IMG/VR virus record: IMGVR_UViG_2802429251_000007
Span: 1 to 30,664 of that record
Length of the DNA stretch: 30,664 nucleotides
Direction: 5' to 3' (one strand)
Origin: a virus
Lineage: Duplodnaviria > Heunggongvirae > Uroviricota > Caudoviricetes
The position numbers were made by a program, and so were the translations under genes. Below, piece after piece: positions 16,767-26,716 of the stretch. The notes beneath the pieces are model-generated. The model was not told the DNA's origin. It saw nothing but the letters and a program-made list of their open reading frames with translations, and made no database searches. Positions within the stretch are counted from its first letter, which is position 1, and each line of letters begins with the position of its first letter.

Positions 16767-17912
16767 ATGGCACAGGGCTTGCCTGTATCAAACGTTGTTA
16801 ATGTTGATGTGATCATGTCGCCGCGTGCAGCATCAGGGCGAAATTTTGGTGCATTACTCATTCTCGGCCCGTCCACAATCATTCCGGTAAGTGAGCGCAT
16901 TCGCCGTTATTCTGCCGCGGAAGATATTGGAAAAGATTTTGGCGTGGAATCACCAGAATATAAGGCTGCGCAGGTGTTTTTCTCACAATCACCGAAACCT
17001 CAGGAGGTTTTTGTTGGTCGTTGGGTGAAAACGAAGGGAGACAGCGAACAGGCCACGCCTGAGACGCTGGAGCAGGCTGTGAATGCCATGCTCGATTATA
17101 CTTCATGGTATGGGCTGGGGATTGCAGACGATGAAGATATTCCGGATGCAGACTGGCTGAAAGTGGCTGCGGCGATCGAATCCTCTTCTGTAAGCCGTAT
17201 TCTGGCGATTACGACAAGCGATGAGAAATGCCTGCAGACTGCATCCAGCGATGATTTGGCATCAAAACTGAAAACCGCCGGATATTCACGCAGTTTTATT
17301 CAGTATTCATCGGGTAATAAATACGTTGCGTTATCTGCATTTGGCCGGGCATTCACGGTTAATTTCAATGGCAGTAATACCGCGATTACGCTCAAGTTTA
17401 AGCAGGAGCCGGGTGTCGGGTATGAAACACTGACAGTCAGCCAGGCATCGGCACTTGATGCAAAAAACTGCAATGTGTTCGTGTACTACCAGAATGATAC
17501 GGCTATCCTCCAGCAGGGAGTGATGGCTAACGGCGATTTCTTTGATGAACGCCACGGCCTGGACTGGTTACAGAATTATGTGCAGACCAACCTCTATAAC
17601 CTGCTTTATACCAGTACCACGAAAGTTCCCCAGACTGAAGCCGGTATTACCCGACTGTTATCAAATGTTGAAAAATCACTGGATCAGGCCGTTCAGAATG
17701 GACTGATTGCTCCGGGCGTATGGAACGGGGGCGACCTTGGTCAGTTGTCATCAGGTGACACACTGCCCAAAGGTTATTACGTATACGCTCAGCCGCTGGA
17801 TGAACAGGCTCAATCAGAACGTGAAGCCCGTAAGGCTCCGGTGATTCAGGCTGCAATAAAACTTGCAGGCGCGGTTCATTACGCTGACGTACAGATTAAC
17901 GTTGTTCGCTAA
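16767..17912 (+). CDS. Tail sheath protein, DUF3383 family.
   Basis: 381 aa. Resembles DUF3383 sheath proteins. Followed by the tube and chaperone genes. Confidence 0.65.
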   Translation: MAQGLPVSNVVNVDVIMSPRAASGRNFGALLILGPSTIIPVSERIRRYSAAEDIGKDFGVESPEYKAAQVFFSQSPKPQEVFVGRWVKTKGDSEQATPETLEQAVNAMLDYTSWYGLGIADDEDIPDADWLKVAAAIESSSVSRILAITTSDEKCLQTASSDDLASKLKTAGYSRSFIQYSSGNKYVALSAFGRAFTVNFNGSNTAITLKFKQEPGVGYETLTVSQASALDAKNCNVFVYYQNDTAILQQGVMANGDFFDERHGLDWLQNYVQTNLYNLLYTSTTKVPQTEAGITRLLSNVEKSLDQAVQNGLIAPGVWNGGDLGQLSSGDTLPKGYYVYAQPLDEQAQSEREARKAPVIQAAIKLAGAVHYADVQINVVR

Positions 17913-17922
17913 GGGGAAGTGA

Positions 17923-18363
17923 ATGTCTACCTATTCTTTTATGGATGTCACTGCGACGCTGACCGGGCCGACCGGTTCGATTGACCTCGGGTACGGTTCG
18001 GCAAGTTCTGAAGAGGGGATTGTGGTTGCGATGGGCGGTCCTAAAAACACCATGACCATCGGTGCTGATGGCGAAGTGATGCACAGTCTCCATGCAGATA
18101 AAAGCGGGACGATTACCGTTAACCTTCTGAAGACATCACCGACAAATAAAAAATTGTCGCTGGCGTATAACGCACAGAGCCAGTCTTCTGCCACATGGGG
18201 GAATAACGTTATCGTGATCCGCAACAAGGTCAGCGGCGACATCATCACGGCACGCAGTGTTGCGTTCCAGAAACAACCGGATAACGCCAACGCTAAAACC
18301 GGTAATACGATGCCGTGGGTATTTGACTGCGGCAAGATTGACCAGGTTCTCGGGGAGTTTTAA
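17923..18363 (+). CDS. Tail tube protein, DUF3277 family.
   Basis: 146 aa. Lies between the sheath and chaperone genes. Confidence 0.65.
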   Translation: MSTYSFMDVTATLTGPTGSIDLGYGSASSEEGIVVAMGGPKNTMTIGADGEVMHSLHADKSGTITVNLLKTSPTNKKLSLAYNAQSQSSATWGNNVIVIRNKVSGDIITARSVAFQKQPDNANAKTGNTMPWVFDCGKIDQVLGEF

Positions 18364-18366
18364 TAC

Positions 18367-18819
18367 ATGGAATTCGAAATCAAAGGCGTGAAATATCGCG
18401 TGGCAAAACTCAGCGTTTTTGACCAGCTGAAAGTGACCCGCAAACTTCTGCCGGTGCTGGCAGGAATGATGTCAGATTTCGGGAGCATTCGCTCCCGTTT
18501 GCCTGCTGATGGCAAAATCGACACCGTGAAATTCGAGCAGTTAAAACCGGTGTTTGAAACCATGCTCCCGCGTATCGCTGAGGAACTGTCTTCCCTGACC
18601 GAAGATGACACCGATGCGATTATTCATCCCTGTCTTGCGGTGGTGTCGCGGCGTCATATGGACGGATGGGTGCCGGTATTTACCCGGGGCGAACTGATGT
18701 TTGATGATATTGACCTGCTGGTCATGCTTCATCTGGTGGCGCGGGTGGTCGCCGATTCGCTGGGAAATTTTTTGCCTACACCCCTTACCAGCACGACGCA
18801 GAGCCTGCAACAGGGCTGA
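18367..18819 (+). CDS. Tail assembly chaperone, the short G-like product.
   Basis: 150-aa ORF directly before the tape measure gene. Contains a slippery heptamer near its 3' end. Confidence 0.6.
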   Translation: MEFEIKGVKYRVAKLSVFDQLKVTRKLLPVLAGMMSDFGSIRSRLPADGKIDTVKFEQLKPVFETMLPRIAEELSSLTEDDTDAIIHPCLAVVSRRHMDGWVPVFTRGELMFDDIDLLVMLHLVARVVADSLGNFLPTPLTSTTQSLQQG

Positions 18820-19007
18820 CGTTTAACAGCCTGCCGGACGGGCTGTCCTACCTTCTCAATCCGGTTGACGCCGGGTTAATTCCTTATACAGCACTTAAAG
18901 ATGGCTCTGTCGATTTGTACGACATTGCTCTCTTGAATGACCATCTGGCGGTAAAAGCGGATAACCAGCGGCGCATTGAGAAATGGAGAGAGGATAATGA
19001 ACGCTGA
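18367..19007 (+). CDS. Tail assembly chaperone frameshift product (GT-like), made by a -1 shift at 18765-18771 and extended by about 79 codons.
   Basis: The -1 frame stays open from the slippery site A-AAT-TTT to TGA 19005-19007, overlapping the tape measure start. Arrangement matches lambda G/GT. Confidence 0.55.
18765..18771 (+). other. Candidate -1 programmed frameshift heptamer A-AAT-TTT (XXXYYYZ type), within an A3T6 run.
   Basis: Zero-frame codons GGA-AAT-TTT-TTG. The shifted frame is open for 79 further codons. Confidence 0.5.
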
Positions 19008-20985
19008 AACTATTAAAGATTTCCTCGTCTCGCTTGGCTTCAGTGTGGATGATGCAGGAGCGAAAAAGTTCGGTTCTGTCCTCGCCGGTACAACGGCAAA
19101 TGTCATCAAAATGGGGCTGGCCGTTGAAGGAGCCGCGCTGTCCGTGGTGGCCTTCACGGCTAAGATCGCCTCCGGTCTGGATAATCTTTACTGGGCGTCA
19201 CAGCGCACCGGCGCGACAGTCCAGGGAATTCAGTCTATTGGCTATGCGGTTTCGCAGGTTGGCGGCAGCGTGGACGCTGCGCGATCTTCTCTGGAAAACC
19301 TCTCCCGGTTTATTCGTAATAATCCCGGGGCGGAGGGATTTCTGAATCGCCTGGGCGTACAGACCCGTGATGCCAGCGGTAACATGCGTGACATGGCCGC
19401 TATCTTTACGGGCGTTGGACAGAAACTCAGCAGCATGCCGTATTACCGGGCTAACCAGTATGCGCAGATGCTGGGCATTGACGAAAATACCCTTATGGCG
19501 ATGCGCCGGGGTGTGGGTGGCTTCTCCGGGCAGTACAGCGCAATGGCGAAAGCTATCGGCTTCAATGCTGACGAGGCGGCCAGAAGCTCCAACAAATTTA
19601 TGACCTCCTTGCGTGAGTTTAGCGCGATGGCAGGCATGGCCCGTGACAAAATCGGCTCTAATCTTGCGGGTGGGCTTGCAGGTTCGCTGGACACCCTGCG
19701 CCGCCATATCCTGGACAACTTCCCTCGTATCGAGCAGACCCTGACGAAAGCCATAAAAGGCATTCTGGCGCTCGGGGATATTATCGGGCGGCTGTTCTTC
19801 AGACTGATTGAGGGGACATCAGGCCTTATCACCTGGTGGCAATCGCTGGATAAGCAAACGCGGGAGTTGATCTCGCTGTTTGGCGCACTGACGATTGCGC
19901 TGCGCATTCTGAACAGTACGTTCTGGATGTCGCCGGTTGGCCTCATTACCGCGCTGGCGGCGGGGATTGCCCTCCTGTGGGAGGACTATCAGACCTGGAA
20001 GGAAGGCGGCGACAGCCTGATTGACTGGGGCAAGTGGAAACCGGAGGTCGATGCCGCGCTGAAGATGGTTCGTGACCTTAAAACGACCGTTAACGATCTG
20101 GCGAAAGCGCTGGCGAAACTACTCAATATTGACCCCAAATCATGGTCCCTGAAGTGGGATTTCAGCAACTTCATCGACCAGATGGGCGAATTCAGCAAAA
20201 TGCTGAACATGATCGCCGACCTGCTCAACGCTATCAAAGATGGACGCTGGGCTGATGCCGTCAGCATCGGCAAACAGATACTTAATCAGGGCAGCGAAAA
20301 TCCGTCAGCGATGCCGATGGTTACAGACAGCGCTAACAGTACTGCCGACTGGATTAAAGAGCACTGGGGATTCGATCCCCGCAGTGTGGGCCGGACGGTA
20401 CGCGGCTGGTTTGGTGATGATGAGCCGGAACAACATGCACAGGCTACGAAACGAGGAGAACGGAATAACAATCCGGGAAACCTTAATTTTGCTGGTCAGG
20501 CGGGGGCTTCTCTTGAACACCCGGGCGGGCGATTTGCCAGATTTGAAACTGCCTTTGATGGATTACGGGCTCTTGCTCGTCAGTTAATGTTGTACGCCGG
20601 GCGAGGAATAAACAGTGTGGAAAAAATTATCTCTACCTGGGCACCTGCCTCTGATAATAACAACACAACTGCGTATATCAGGGCTGTATCGCAACGACTG
20701 GGAGTGGATCCCCGGGCTGCCCTGAATATGAGCGATCCGAAAACCATGTCAGCATTGATGAGCAGCATTATCCAGCATGAAAATGGAAGAAATATCTATT
20801 CTCGAGAGCTGATTAATAAGGCTGCCGTGGCGGGAATTAGTGGCAAAATGACAGAGGTTAACCAGCAAAATACCTACCACATTTACGGTGGCGGAGATCC
20901 GCACGCTGTCGGTAATGAGGTTGCACGTCGGCAACAGTCTGCAAATGCTCAGGTTATGCGAAGTAATCAGGTGAGGGTGGGTTAG
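18997..20985 (+). CDS. Tail tape measure protein, 662 aa.
   Basis: Largest tail ORF, helical and repetitive. GAGAGAGGA Shine-Dalgarno before ATG 18997 (the track start at 18976 is less likely). Confidence 0.75.
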   Translation: MNAETIKDFLVSLGFSVDDAGAKKFGSVLAGTTANVIKMGLAVEGAALSVVAFTAKIASGLDNLYWASQRTGATVQGIQSIGYAVSQVGGSVDAARSSLENLSRFIRNNPGAEGFLNRLGVQTRDASGNMRDMAAIFTGVGQKLSSMPYYRANQYAQMLGIDENTLMAMRRGVGGFSGQYSAMAKAIGFNADEAARSSNKFMTSLREFSAMAGMARDKIGSNLAGGLAGSLDTLRRHILDNFPRIEQTLTKAIKGILALGDIIGRLFFRLIEGTSGLITWWQSLDKQTRELISLFGALTIALRILNSTFWMSPVGLITALAAGIALLWEDYQTWKEGGDSLIDWGKWKPEVDAALKMVRDLKTTVNDLAKALAKLLNIDPKSWSLKWDFSNFIDQMGEFSKMLNMIADLLNAIKDGRWADAVSIGKQILNQGSENPSAMPMVTDSANSTADWIKEHWGFDPRSVGRTVRGWFGDDEPEQHAQATKRGERNNNPGNLNFAGQAGASLEHPGGRFARFETAFDGLRALARQLMLYAGRGINSVEKIISTWAPASDNNNTTAYIRAVSQRLGVDPRAALNMSDPKTMSALMSSIIQHENGRNIYSRELINKAAVAGISGKMTEVNQQNTYHIYGGGDPHAVGNEVARRQQSANAQVMRSNQVRVG

Positions 20986-21572
20986 TGGATATTCTCTCTA
21001 CACTTTTTCATCAGCAGAGCAGAAAAATAGGAATGATTGTTCCCAGTGTTGTTATTTCAGAGAAGCATACAGATATGCTTGAAATAACCGAGCATCCGGT
21101 AGAGGTTGGGGCTGCTGTCGCTGATCATGCCTATAAAAAACCGTCAGAAGTGGTGATGGAGGTTGGTTTCGCCGGTGGCGGCACATTGCTGGATTTTGCC
21201 AGTAACCTGACGGCTACCAGCCTGCTCGGCCTGAGTCCTCAGCAGACGTATCAGGAGCTACTGGATTTGCAGGAAAGCCGTATCCCCTTCGATGTGGTAA
21301 CCGGTAAACGGCTGTACAGCAACATGTTGATCCGGGCGCTGGAAGTGACGACGGACAAGACAACCGAAAATGTCCTGTCCGCCGTCCTTACCCTGAGGGA
21401 GGTCCTTATCTCCCGGACACAGCAGATTACCGTCGCGGATAAAACCAACATGAAGGAAGGGGCCAGCACGTCGGCGGTACAGAATAGCGGCAACAAAACC
21501 ACAAAGCCTCCAGATACTTCACTGCTGAAAAGCATTACGGGTAACGTGGCGTCATTACTGGGGGGCGGCTAA
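20985..21572 (+). CDS. Tail protein, 195 aa, in the post-tape-measure position (gpU/DNA-circulation-like slot).
   Basis: GTG start overlapping the tape measure TAG stop, with a GGTGAGGGTGGG Shine-Dalgarno. Confidence 0.4.
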   Translation: MDILSTLFHQQSRKIGMIVPSVVISEKHTDMLEITEHPVEVGAAVADHAYKKPSEVVMEVGFAGGGTLLDFASNLTATSLLGLSPQQTYQELLDLQESRIPFDVVTGKRLYSNMLIRALEVTTDKTTENVLSAVLTLREVLISRTQQITVADKTNMKEGASTSAVQNSGNKTTKPPDTSLLKSITGNVASLLGGG

Positions 21573-21874
21573 TGACAATTCAGGAAATTCCGCTGACAGC
21601 GGACAATCAGCAGTTCAGCATCGTCCTGGGTGGTGTCACCTGGCGGATTAGCATCATATGGCGCGATCTGTACTGGATTATGGACCTGCAGAACGACAGA
21701 GGGGAGCCGGTAATCTCCGGTATTCCTCTCGTCACTGGTGCTGACCTGCTGGCGCAGTACGCCTGTATGGGGCTTGGTTTTAAGCTGGTGGTGGTCTGTG
21801 ATGACAACACACAGGATTACCCCACAAAAACTGACCTGGGCGGTCGCAGCCATTTACTGGTATCAACGGAGTAA
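21572..21874 (+). CDS. Small tail/baseplate protein, 100 aa.
   Basis: TAATG-coupled ORF with a G-rich Shine-Dalgarno. Confidence 0.4.
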   Translation: MTIQEIPLTADNQQFSIVLGGVTWRISIIWRDLYWIMDLQNDRGEPVISGIPLVTGADLLAQYACMGLGFKLVVVCDDNTQDYPTKTDLGGRSHLLVSTE

Positions 21875-21876
21875 GC

Positions 21877-22941
21877 ATGTCACAGAACTGGATGAGACAT
21901 TTCGAGCTGCAGCTTGTGGACGGGAACGGTCAGGGAATTGAGCTAAGTGATTTCAAAGTCACCTTTACGATCGACTGGTTCAACATCAGCAGCGCGTCCC
22001 GGGTAGGGACTATCAAAATTTATAACCTCTCGGCAGATACTGTGAACCGAATCACTGGGAAGGAATTTTCGAAAGTGCGGCTGATTGCCGGTTACGACGG
22101 TATCGCGCCGGAGGTGGCGGCAAGCGACGTCGGGACCGTGCGCGAAGTCGACGCGGCGGACGTGGGCCAGACAGATGGCCGCAACTACGGACTGATTTTC
22201 AGCGGTGAAATTCGCTACTCGGTCACAGGAAAAGACAGTCCGGTTGATACCTACGTCCTGATTCAGGCAGCAGATACTGATCTGGCATTTGCCACCAGTA
22301 TAACCTCACAGACGCTGGCTGCCGGTTACACGGTCGCAGATGTGAACCGTGCGCTGATGAAAGACTTTGAGGCCAAAGGCGCGACCGAAGGACTGACGCC
22401 TGAAATGCCTGCTACCGTATACCCTCGAGGGCGGGTGCTGTTCGGCATGACACGGCATCTTATGGATAACGTGGCCGGACAATGTGGCGCAACATGGCAA
22501 TTTGTGGACGGTCAGCGCCAGATGGTGGCGAATAACGAGTATGTTCACGACGCGATTGTGCTCAACAGCGCCACCGGGCTTATCGGCATGCCGCAGCAGA
22601 CTATCGGCAACGGTGTAAACGTCCGCGCTCTTATTAATCCGAACATCCGGGTTAACGGGCTTATTCAGCTGGATCAGGCTTCCGTGTACCGCACCGCGCT
22701 GTCGAACAATGATATTGCGATGGCTGGTGGGCAGATCACCGACCAGAACACGGACGGAAATATCACGCTAAGCGGCACCACATCGCAGCCTGCCAGCATC
22801 GCAACGGATGGCGTTTATATTGTGCGCGGGATTATGTACACTGGCGACACAAGGGGCCAGGCGTGGTACATGGATATGATGTGCTTTGCTCGAGGTGCTA
22901 GTGATATTCCTAGCCAGTCAGCGATGAATCGAGGTGCATAA
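21877..22941 (+). CDS. Baseplate hub-like protein, 354 aa, gpD/gp44-like by position.
   Basis: Size and position before the spike/W/J/I block. GGAG Shine-Dalgarno. Confidence 0.45.
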   Translation: MSQNWMRHFELQLVDGNGQGIELSDFKVTFTIDWFNISSASRVGTIKIYNLSADTVNRITGKEFSKVRLIAGYDGIAPEVAASDVGTVREVDAADVGQTDGRNYGLIFSGEIRYSVTGKDSPVDTYVLIQAADTDLAFATSITSQTLAAGYTVADVNRALMKDFEAKGATEGLTPEMPATVYPRGRVLFGMTRHLMDNVAGQCGATWQFVDGQRQMVANNEYVHDAIVLNSATGLIGMPQQTIGNGVNVRALINPNIRVNGLIQLDQASVYRTALSNNDIAMAGGQITDQNTDGNITLSGTTSQPASIATDGVYIVRGIMYTGDTRGQAWYMDMMCFARGASDIPSQSAMNRGA

Positions 22942-22943
22942 TA

Positions 22944-23669
22944 GTGAGCAGGCTTGCGATAACCACAATCGTATTTTCTCTTTTTTTAACTTCATGTAGT
23001 TGGGATCCTAATGGTGCTAAAGCGCAGGGAAAATGGCTATCCCAAAAAAATGAAGAAAAACAAGCGTACGATAAGCAAGTTGAGGAGAGCCAGAAAAGCA
23101 GGCTTCAAATACAGCGCGAAGAAAAGTCTCAATTTGAAGTTTCACATCCAGAGGTTATCGTTGCTGGTGTTGGGAACGAGCTTAAAAGTAAGGGTGCAGA
23201 ATCTTTGCGAGATGCGTACAACAGCATTCCATTCGTAACTCGTTATCCGGGAACCACGGACCCTAACAAAGTTTATACCTATGTCGGTGACTACAAATTA
23301 AATTTGCAACTGGTTAACACATCTGTGCTTTCTCAGATCTCAGATTGCAAACGCATTTCAGCGTATGCCGATGTTGATATTAATCGTACTTGCTTCAATC
23401 AAATTGGAAATGATTTGAGTTTGTTTGCATCTGTAATTAAAGACAAAAATATTACTGGAATTGCAAAAAAAGCAGCTCTACGAGATTCAACTTACGGAAC
23501 TAAAATTGATTTTGGTCATGCTGCGCGTTTAGCAAAAATGCATGCCACTTTATGCCAAAAGCAGGGCGGTAAAGGATTTGTCAAAATGTCGACTGTAGCT
23601 GTGCCTTGCGGCTCTTCAGGCGATGTAATTAACTATCGAAGCGCCGGTAAGATGGGGCTTATAAACTGA
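22944..23669 (+). CDS. Lipoprotein moron, 241 aa. Lipobox LTSC. AT-rich cargo inside the baseplate operon.
   Basis: MSRLAITTIVFSLFLTSCSW... GTG start 7 nt after a GAGGTG Shine-Dalgarno. Composition is visibly more AT-rich than the flanking tail genes. Its own terminator follows. Confidence 0.6.
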   Translation: MSRLAITTIVFSLFLTSCSWDPNGAKAQGKWLSQKNEEKQAYDKQVEESQKSRLQIQREEKSQFEVSHPEVIVAGVGNELKSKGAESLRDAYNSIPFVTRYPGTTDPNKVYTYVGDYKLNLQLVNTSVLSQISDCKRISAYADVDINRTCFNQIGNDLSLFASVIKDKNITGIAKKAALRDSTYGTKIDFGHAARLAKMHATLCQKQGGKGFVKMSTVAVPCGSSGDVINYRSAGKMGLIN

Positions 23670-23690
23670 AAAGATCAAATTAGTCACATA

Positions 23691-23716
23691 AAACCCGCCG
23701 GATGGCGGGTTTTTTG
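23691..23716 (+). terminator. Rho-independent terminator after the lipoprotein moron.
   Basis: CCCGCC-GGAT-GGCGGG followed by TTTTTT. Confidence 0.8.
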
Positions 23717-23734
23717 CTTTCTGGAGCCTACTAA

Positions 23735-24487
23735 ATGGCAGTATCTGACCAGACCCGCAGCGGCGACCTTGCCGAAACATTTAAATCTGAACGGGAAACA
23801 ACAAAGAACCAGATCCGTGTCGCCTTGCCAGGCATTGTTCAGTCATTCGCTCCTGATGCGGTGACGGCGGTTGTACAGCCTGCTATCCGTTACGTTGAAA
23901 TTGATAACGACGGCAACCGCATTACCAAAAATTACCCATTGCTGGTGGATGTGCCAGTGGTATTCCCGCGTGGCGGAGGCTGTACGCTAACGTTTCCAGT
24001 TAAAGCCGGTGATGAATGCCTGGTGATTTTTGCCGATCGTTGTATTGATTTCTGGTGGCAGAGTGGCGGGATACAGGAGCCGGTCGATGACCGGGTGCAT
24101 GATTTATCGGATGCTTTCTGTATCGTCGGGCCGCAGTCTCAGGCGCAGAAAATAAGCGGAATAAGCACCAGTGGCGCGCAGCTGCGTAGTGACGACGGCA
24201 GCACCTATTTTGAGCTTAATCCTGATACCAGGAAAATTAAAATTGTCGCTCCGGGTGGTCTTGATGTGGTTGCCCCTCTGGCTGATTTTTCTGAGAAAGT
24301 AACCATTCATGGCCTGTTAACCTGGATGGGGGGCATGGTGGGGTCTGTTGTTTCTGGTGTGGCTTCAAAAATCACTGGTGCTGTTGAGTTTTTGGGTAGC
24401 GTGAAGGCTAACGGCAAGCTAATCGATGATACGCACACTCATGGTGGTGTTCAGCGCGGTGGAAGCAATACCGACGGAGTAAACTGA
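23735..24487 (+). CDS. Baseplate central spike protein, gpV/Gp138-like, with C-terminal HxH (THTHGG) motif.
   Basis: Resembles GPV_N-type baseplate assembly protein V. His-x-His near the C-terminus. Confidence 0.6.
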   Translation: MAVSDQTRSGDLAETFKSERETTKNQIRVALPGIVQSFAPDAVTAVVQPAIRYVEIDNDGNRITKNYPLLVDVPVVFPRGGGCTLTFPVKAGDECLVIFADRCIDFWWQSGGIQEPVDDRVHDLSDAFCIVGPQSQAQKISGISTSGAQLRSDDGSTYFELNPDTRKIKIVAPGGLDVVAPLADFSEKVTIHGLLTWMGGMVGSVVSGVASKITGAVEFLGSVKANGKLIDDTHTHGGVQRGGSNTDGVN

Positions 24488-24840
24488 TGCGATACAGACG
24501 TGAAGACGCCGATGGCGATTACACCTTTGGCAGCGGTGATGATACCTGGCTGATTAACTCACCGGAGGCCGTGGCGCAGGCGGTAAAAACGCAATTCGAA
24601 TTGTGGTATGGGCAATGGTTTCTAGACACCACCGAAGGGACTCCGTGGATCCAGTCCGTACTCGGTAAGCAGAAGCCGGAAACCTACAATCTGGCGATCC
24701 GTAAGCGCATCCTCGAAACGCGGGGCGTTAAATCAATCCTCTCTTTCAATACTACAGTGGATACCACGACCCGACGTGTCATGTTTTCCGCTGAAATCGA
24801 CACTCTTTATGGAATAACGACTGTTACATCGGAGGCGTAA
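24487..24840 (+). CDS. Baseplate wedge protein, gpW/gp25-like, 117 aa.
   Basis: Size and position between the V-like and J-like genes. TGATG coupling. Confidence 0.5.
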   Translation: MRYRREDADGDYTFGSGDDTWLINSPEAVAQAVKTQFELWYGQWFLDTTEGTPWIQSVLGKQKPETYNLAIRKRILETRGVKSILSFNTTVDTTTRRVMFSAEIDTLYGITTVTSEA

Positions 24841-26039
24841 TGGCTCTGAACCTTGATTCTCTCGGTTTATCTGCAAAGGTAACCGCGGAGGGGATCAGTG
24901 CGCCTGATTATCAGACGATACTCAGCACCCTGATTGGCTATTTTCAGCAGATTTATGGCAGTGATGCCTACCTCGAACCGGACAGCAAAGACGGCCAGAT
25001 GGTGGCTCTGATGGCGCTGGCGATTCATGATGCCAATAATATGGCGATAACTGTCTACAACTGTTTTTCACCGGCAACCGGCTATGGGGCTGCACTGACC
25101 AGTAACGTGAAAATAAATGGTATTTCACGTAAAGGCGCAACGAATTCTACGGTTGATTTGCTTCTTACAGGAACTGCCGGAACAACCATCATTAATGGCA
25201 GCGTGAAAGACAGTAATAATGTGATATGGCGTTTGCCTGCTTCAGTGGTGGTCGGCGTGGATGGTACAGTGATGGCGACCGCAACATGTTCCGTCAGTGG
25301 TGCAGTGGCGGCGCTGGCTGGAACTATCACTGAAATTAATACGCCAACCCGTGGCTGGGTTTCGGTAACTAATCCTGCTGCGGCTACTGTGGGCACTCCG
25401 GCAGAAACTGACGCTGAGTTACGTATCCGCCAGTCGCAAAGTGTTGCGTTGCCATCAATAACCCCATTTGAAGCACTGGATGGTGCTGTTTCTAATGTTA
25501 CCGGTGTAACCCGCCACAAACTCTATGAAAACGATACTGGTTCGGAGGACGGTAACGGGTTACCGCCACACTCTGTTGCTGTAATTGTGGATGGCGGTGA
25601 TGTGACGGATATTGCTCAGGCTATCAGAGGGAATAAAGGCCAGGGGACAGCCACTCACGGTACAACATCCGTTACGGTTCCGGATAAATACGGCAATCCC
25701 CATGTAATCAAATTCTCGCGTTCCAGTGATGTACCTGTTTATGCCCGGATTAAATTAAAAGTTTTTACGGGTTATACCTCACAGATAGGGCAGCAGATCC
25801 AGCAGGCTATTTCCGGCTATATCAATAGTCTGATGATTGGTGATTCGGTCCTTTTAAGTCGCATTTACTCACCGGCGAATCTTGGCGTGGTGAGTGGCGG
25901 GAATGCACGCTATTACGATATTCAGGAACTGACGATTGGGAAATCCCCGGGGGCTTTGTCGTCATCAAACATTGATATCAGATACAACGAATCTGCGTCC
26001 TGTACCCCGGAAAATATCGTTATAACGGTGGAGTCATGA
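24840..26039 (+). CDS. Baseplate J-like protein (gpJ/gp6 family).
   Basis: 399 aa. Position and similarity to Baseplate_J proteins. Confidence 0.65.
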   Translation: MALNLDSLGLSAKVTAEGISAPDYQTILSTLIGYFQQIYGSDAYLEPDSKDGQMVALMALAIHDANNMAITVYNCFSPATGYGAALTSNVKINGISRKGATNSTVDLLLTGTAGTTIINGSVKDSNNVIWRLPASVVVGVDGTVMATATCSVSGAVAALAGTITEINTPTRGWVSVTNPAAATVGTPAETDAELRIRQSQSVALPSITPFEALDGAVSNVTGVTRHKLYENDTGSEDGNGLPPHSVAVIVDGGDVTDIAQAIRGNKGQGTATHGTTSVTVPDKYGNPHVIKFSRSSDVPVYARIKLKVFTGYTSQIGQQIQQAISGYINSLMIGDSVLLSRIYSPANLGVVSGGNARYYDIQELTIGKSPGALSSSNIDIRYNESASCTPENIVITVES

Positions 26040-26716
26040 GCAAATACACCGAACTAATCACGAACTACCACGCCACCAAACCTAAATTTCTTGCGCATGT
26101 TGATCTGATGACCCGGCCACTTATTGATGTTGCGGCTGCCACCAGAGGGCTGATTACTGCATTTGATATTGACTCTGCGGTTGGTGTGCAACTTGACATT
26201 CTTGGATTGTGGATCGGACGTAGCCGTGTTGTCAGCCAGCCTATCTCAGGTGTCTATTTCAGCTGGGATACCGACGGGCTTGGATATGATCAGGGGGTAT
26301 GGCGGGGACCATACGATCCTGATTCAGGATACATGTATCTCAGCGATGAAACTTATCGTGTCATTCTTAAAGCGAAGATTGCGATTAATAACTGGGACGG
26401 ACGGAATGATTCGCTTCCGGCAATTCTTGACGCTGCAACAGCAGGATCCGGGCTGCGAATGCAGATAGTCGATAACCAGGACATGACGATATCGGTCTGG
26501 GTCTTTCCTGATACTGATATTTCAGATGTATCGCGTGAGTTAATTGCGGCAATTAAACAGGGGTATCTCACAGTTAAAGCCGCCGGGGTTTGGGCGGGTG
26601 ACATTGAAACACCTTCGGTGAAAACCCCATCGGAAGGCTCAAAATTTTTTGGTTTTGATATGGATAACGAATTTATCAGTGGTTTTGATGTAGGGGCATG
26701 GGGAGTATTACTCTGA
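26036..26716 (+). CDS. Tail protein I-like (gpI / YmfQ-like, DUF2313).
   Basis: 226 aa. Follows the J-like gene and precedes the tail fibre, as in P2/Mu/e14. Confidence 0.6.
   Translation: MSKYTELITNYHATKPKFLAHVDLMTRPLIDVAAATRGLITAFDIDSAVGVQLDILGLWIGRSRVVSQPISGVYFSWDTDGLGYDQGVWRGPYDPDSGYMYLSDETYRVILKAKIAINNWDGRNDSLPAILDAATAGSGLRMQIVDNQDMTISVWVFPDTDISDVSRELIAAIKQGYLTVKAAGVWAGDIETPSVKTPSEGSKFFGFDMDNEFISGFDVGAWGVLL

Noticed and set aside
23011-23238. 75-aa Lys/Arg-rich ORF in an alternate frame inside the lipoprotein moron
   Set aside because: An artefact of the AT-rich sequence (poly-A codons). It is embedded in the better-supported lipoprotein frame.
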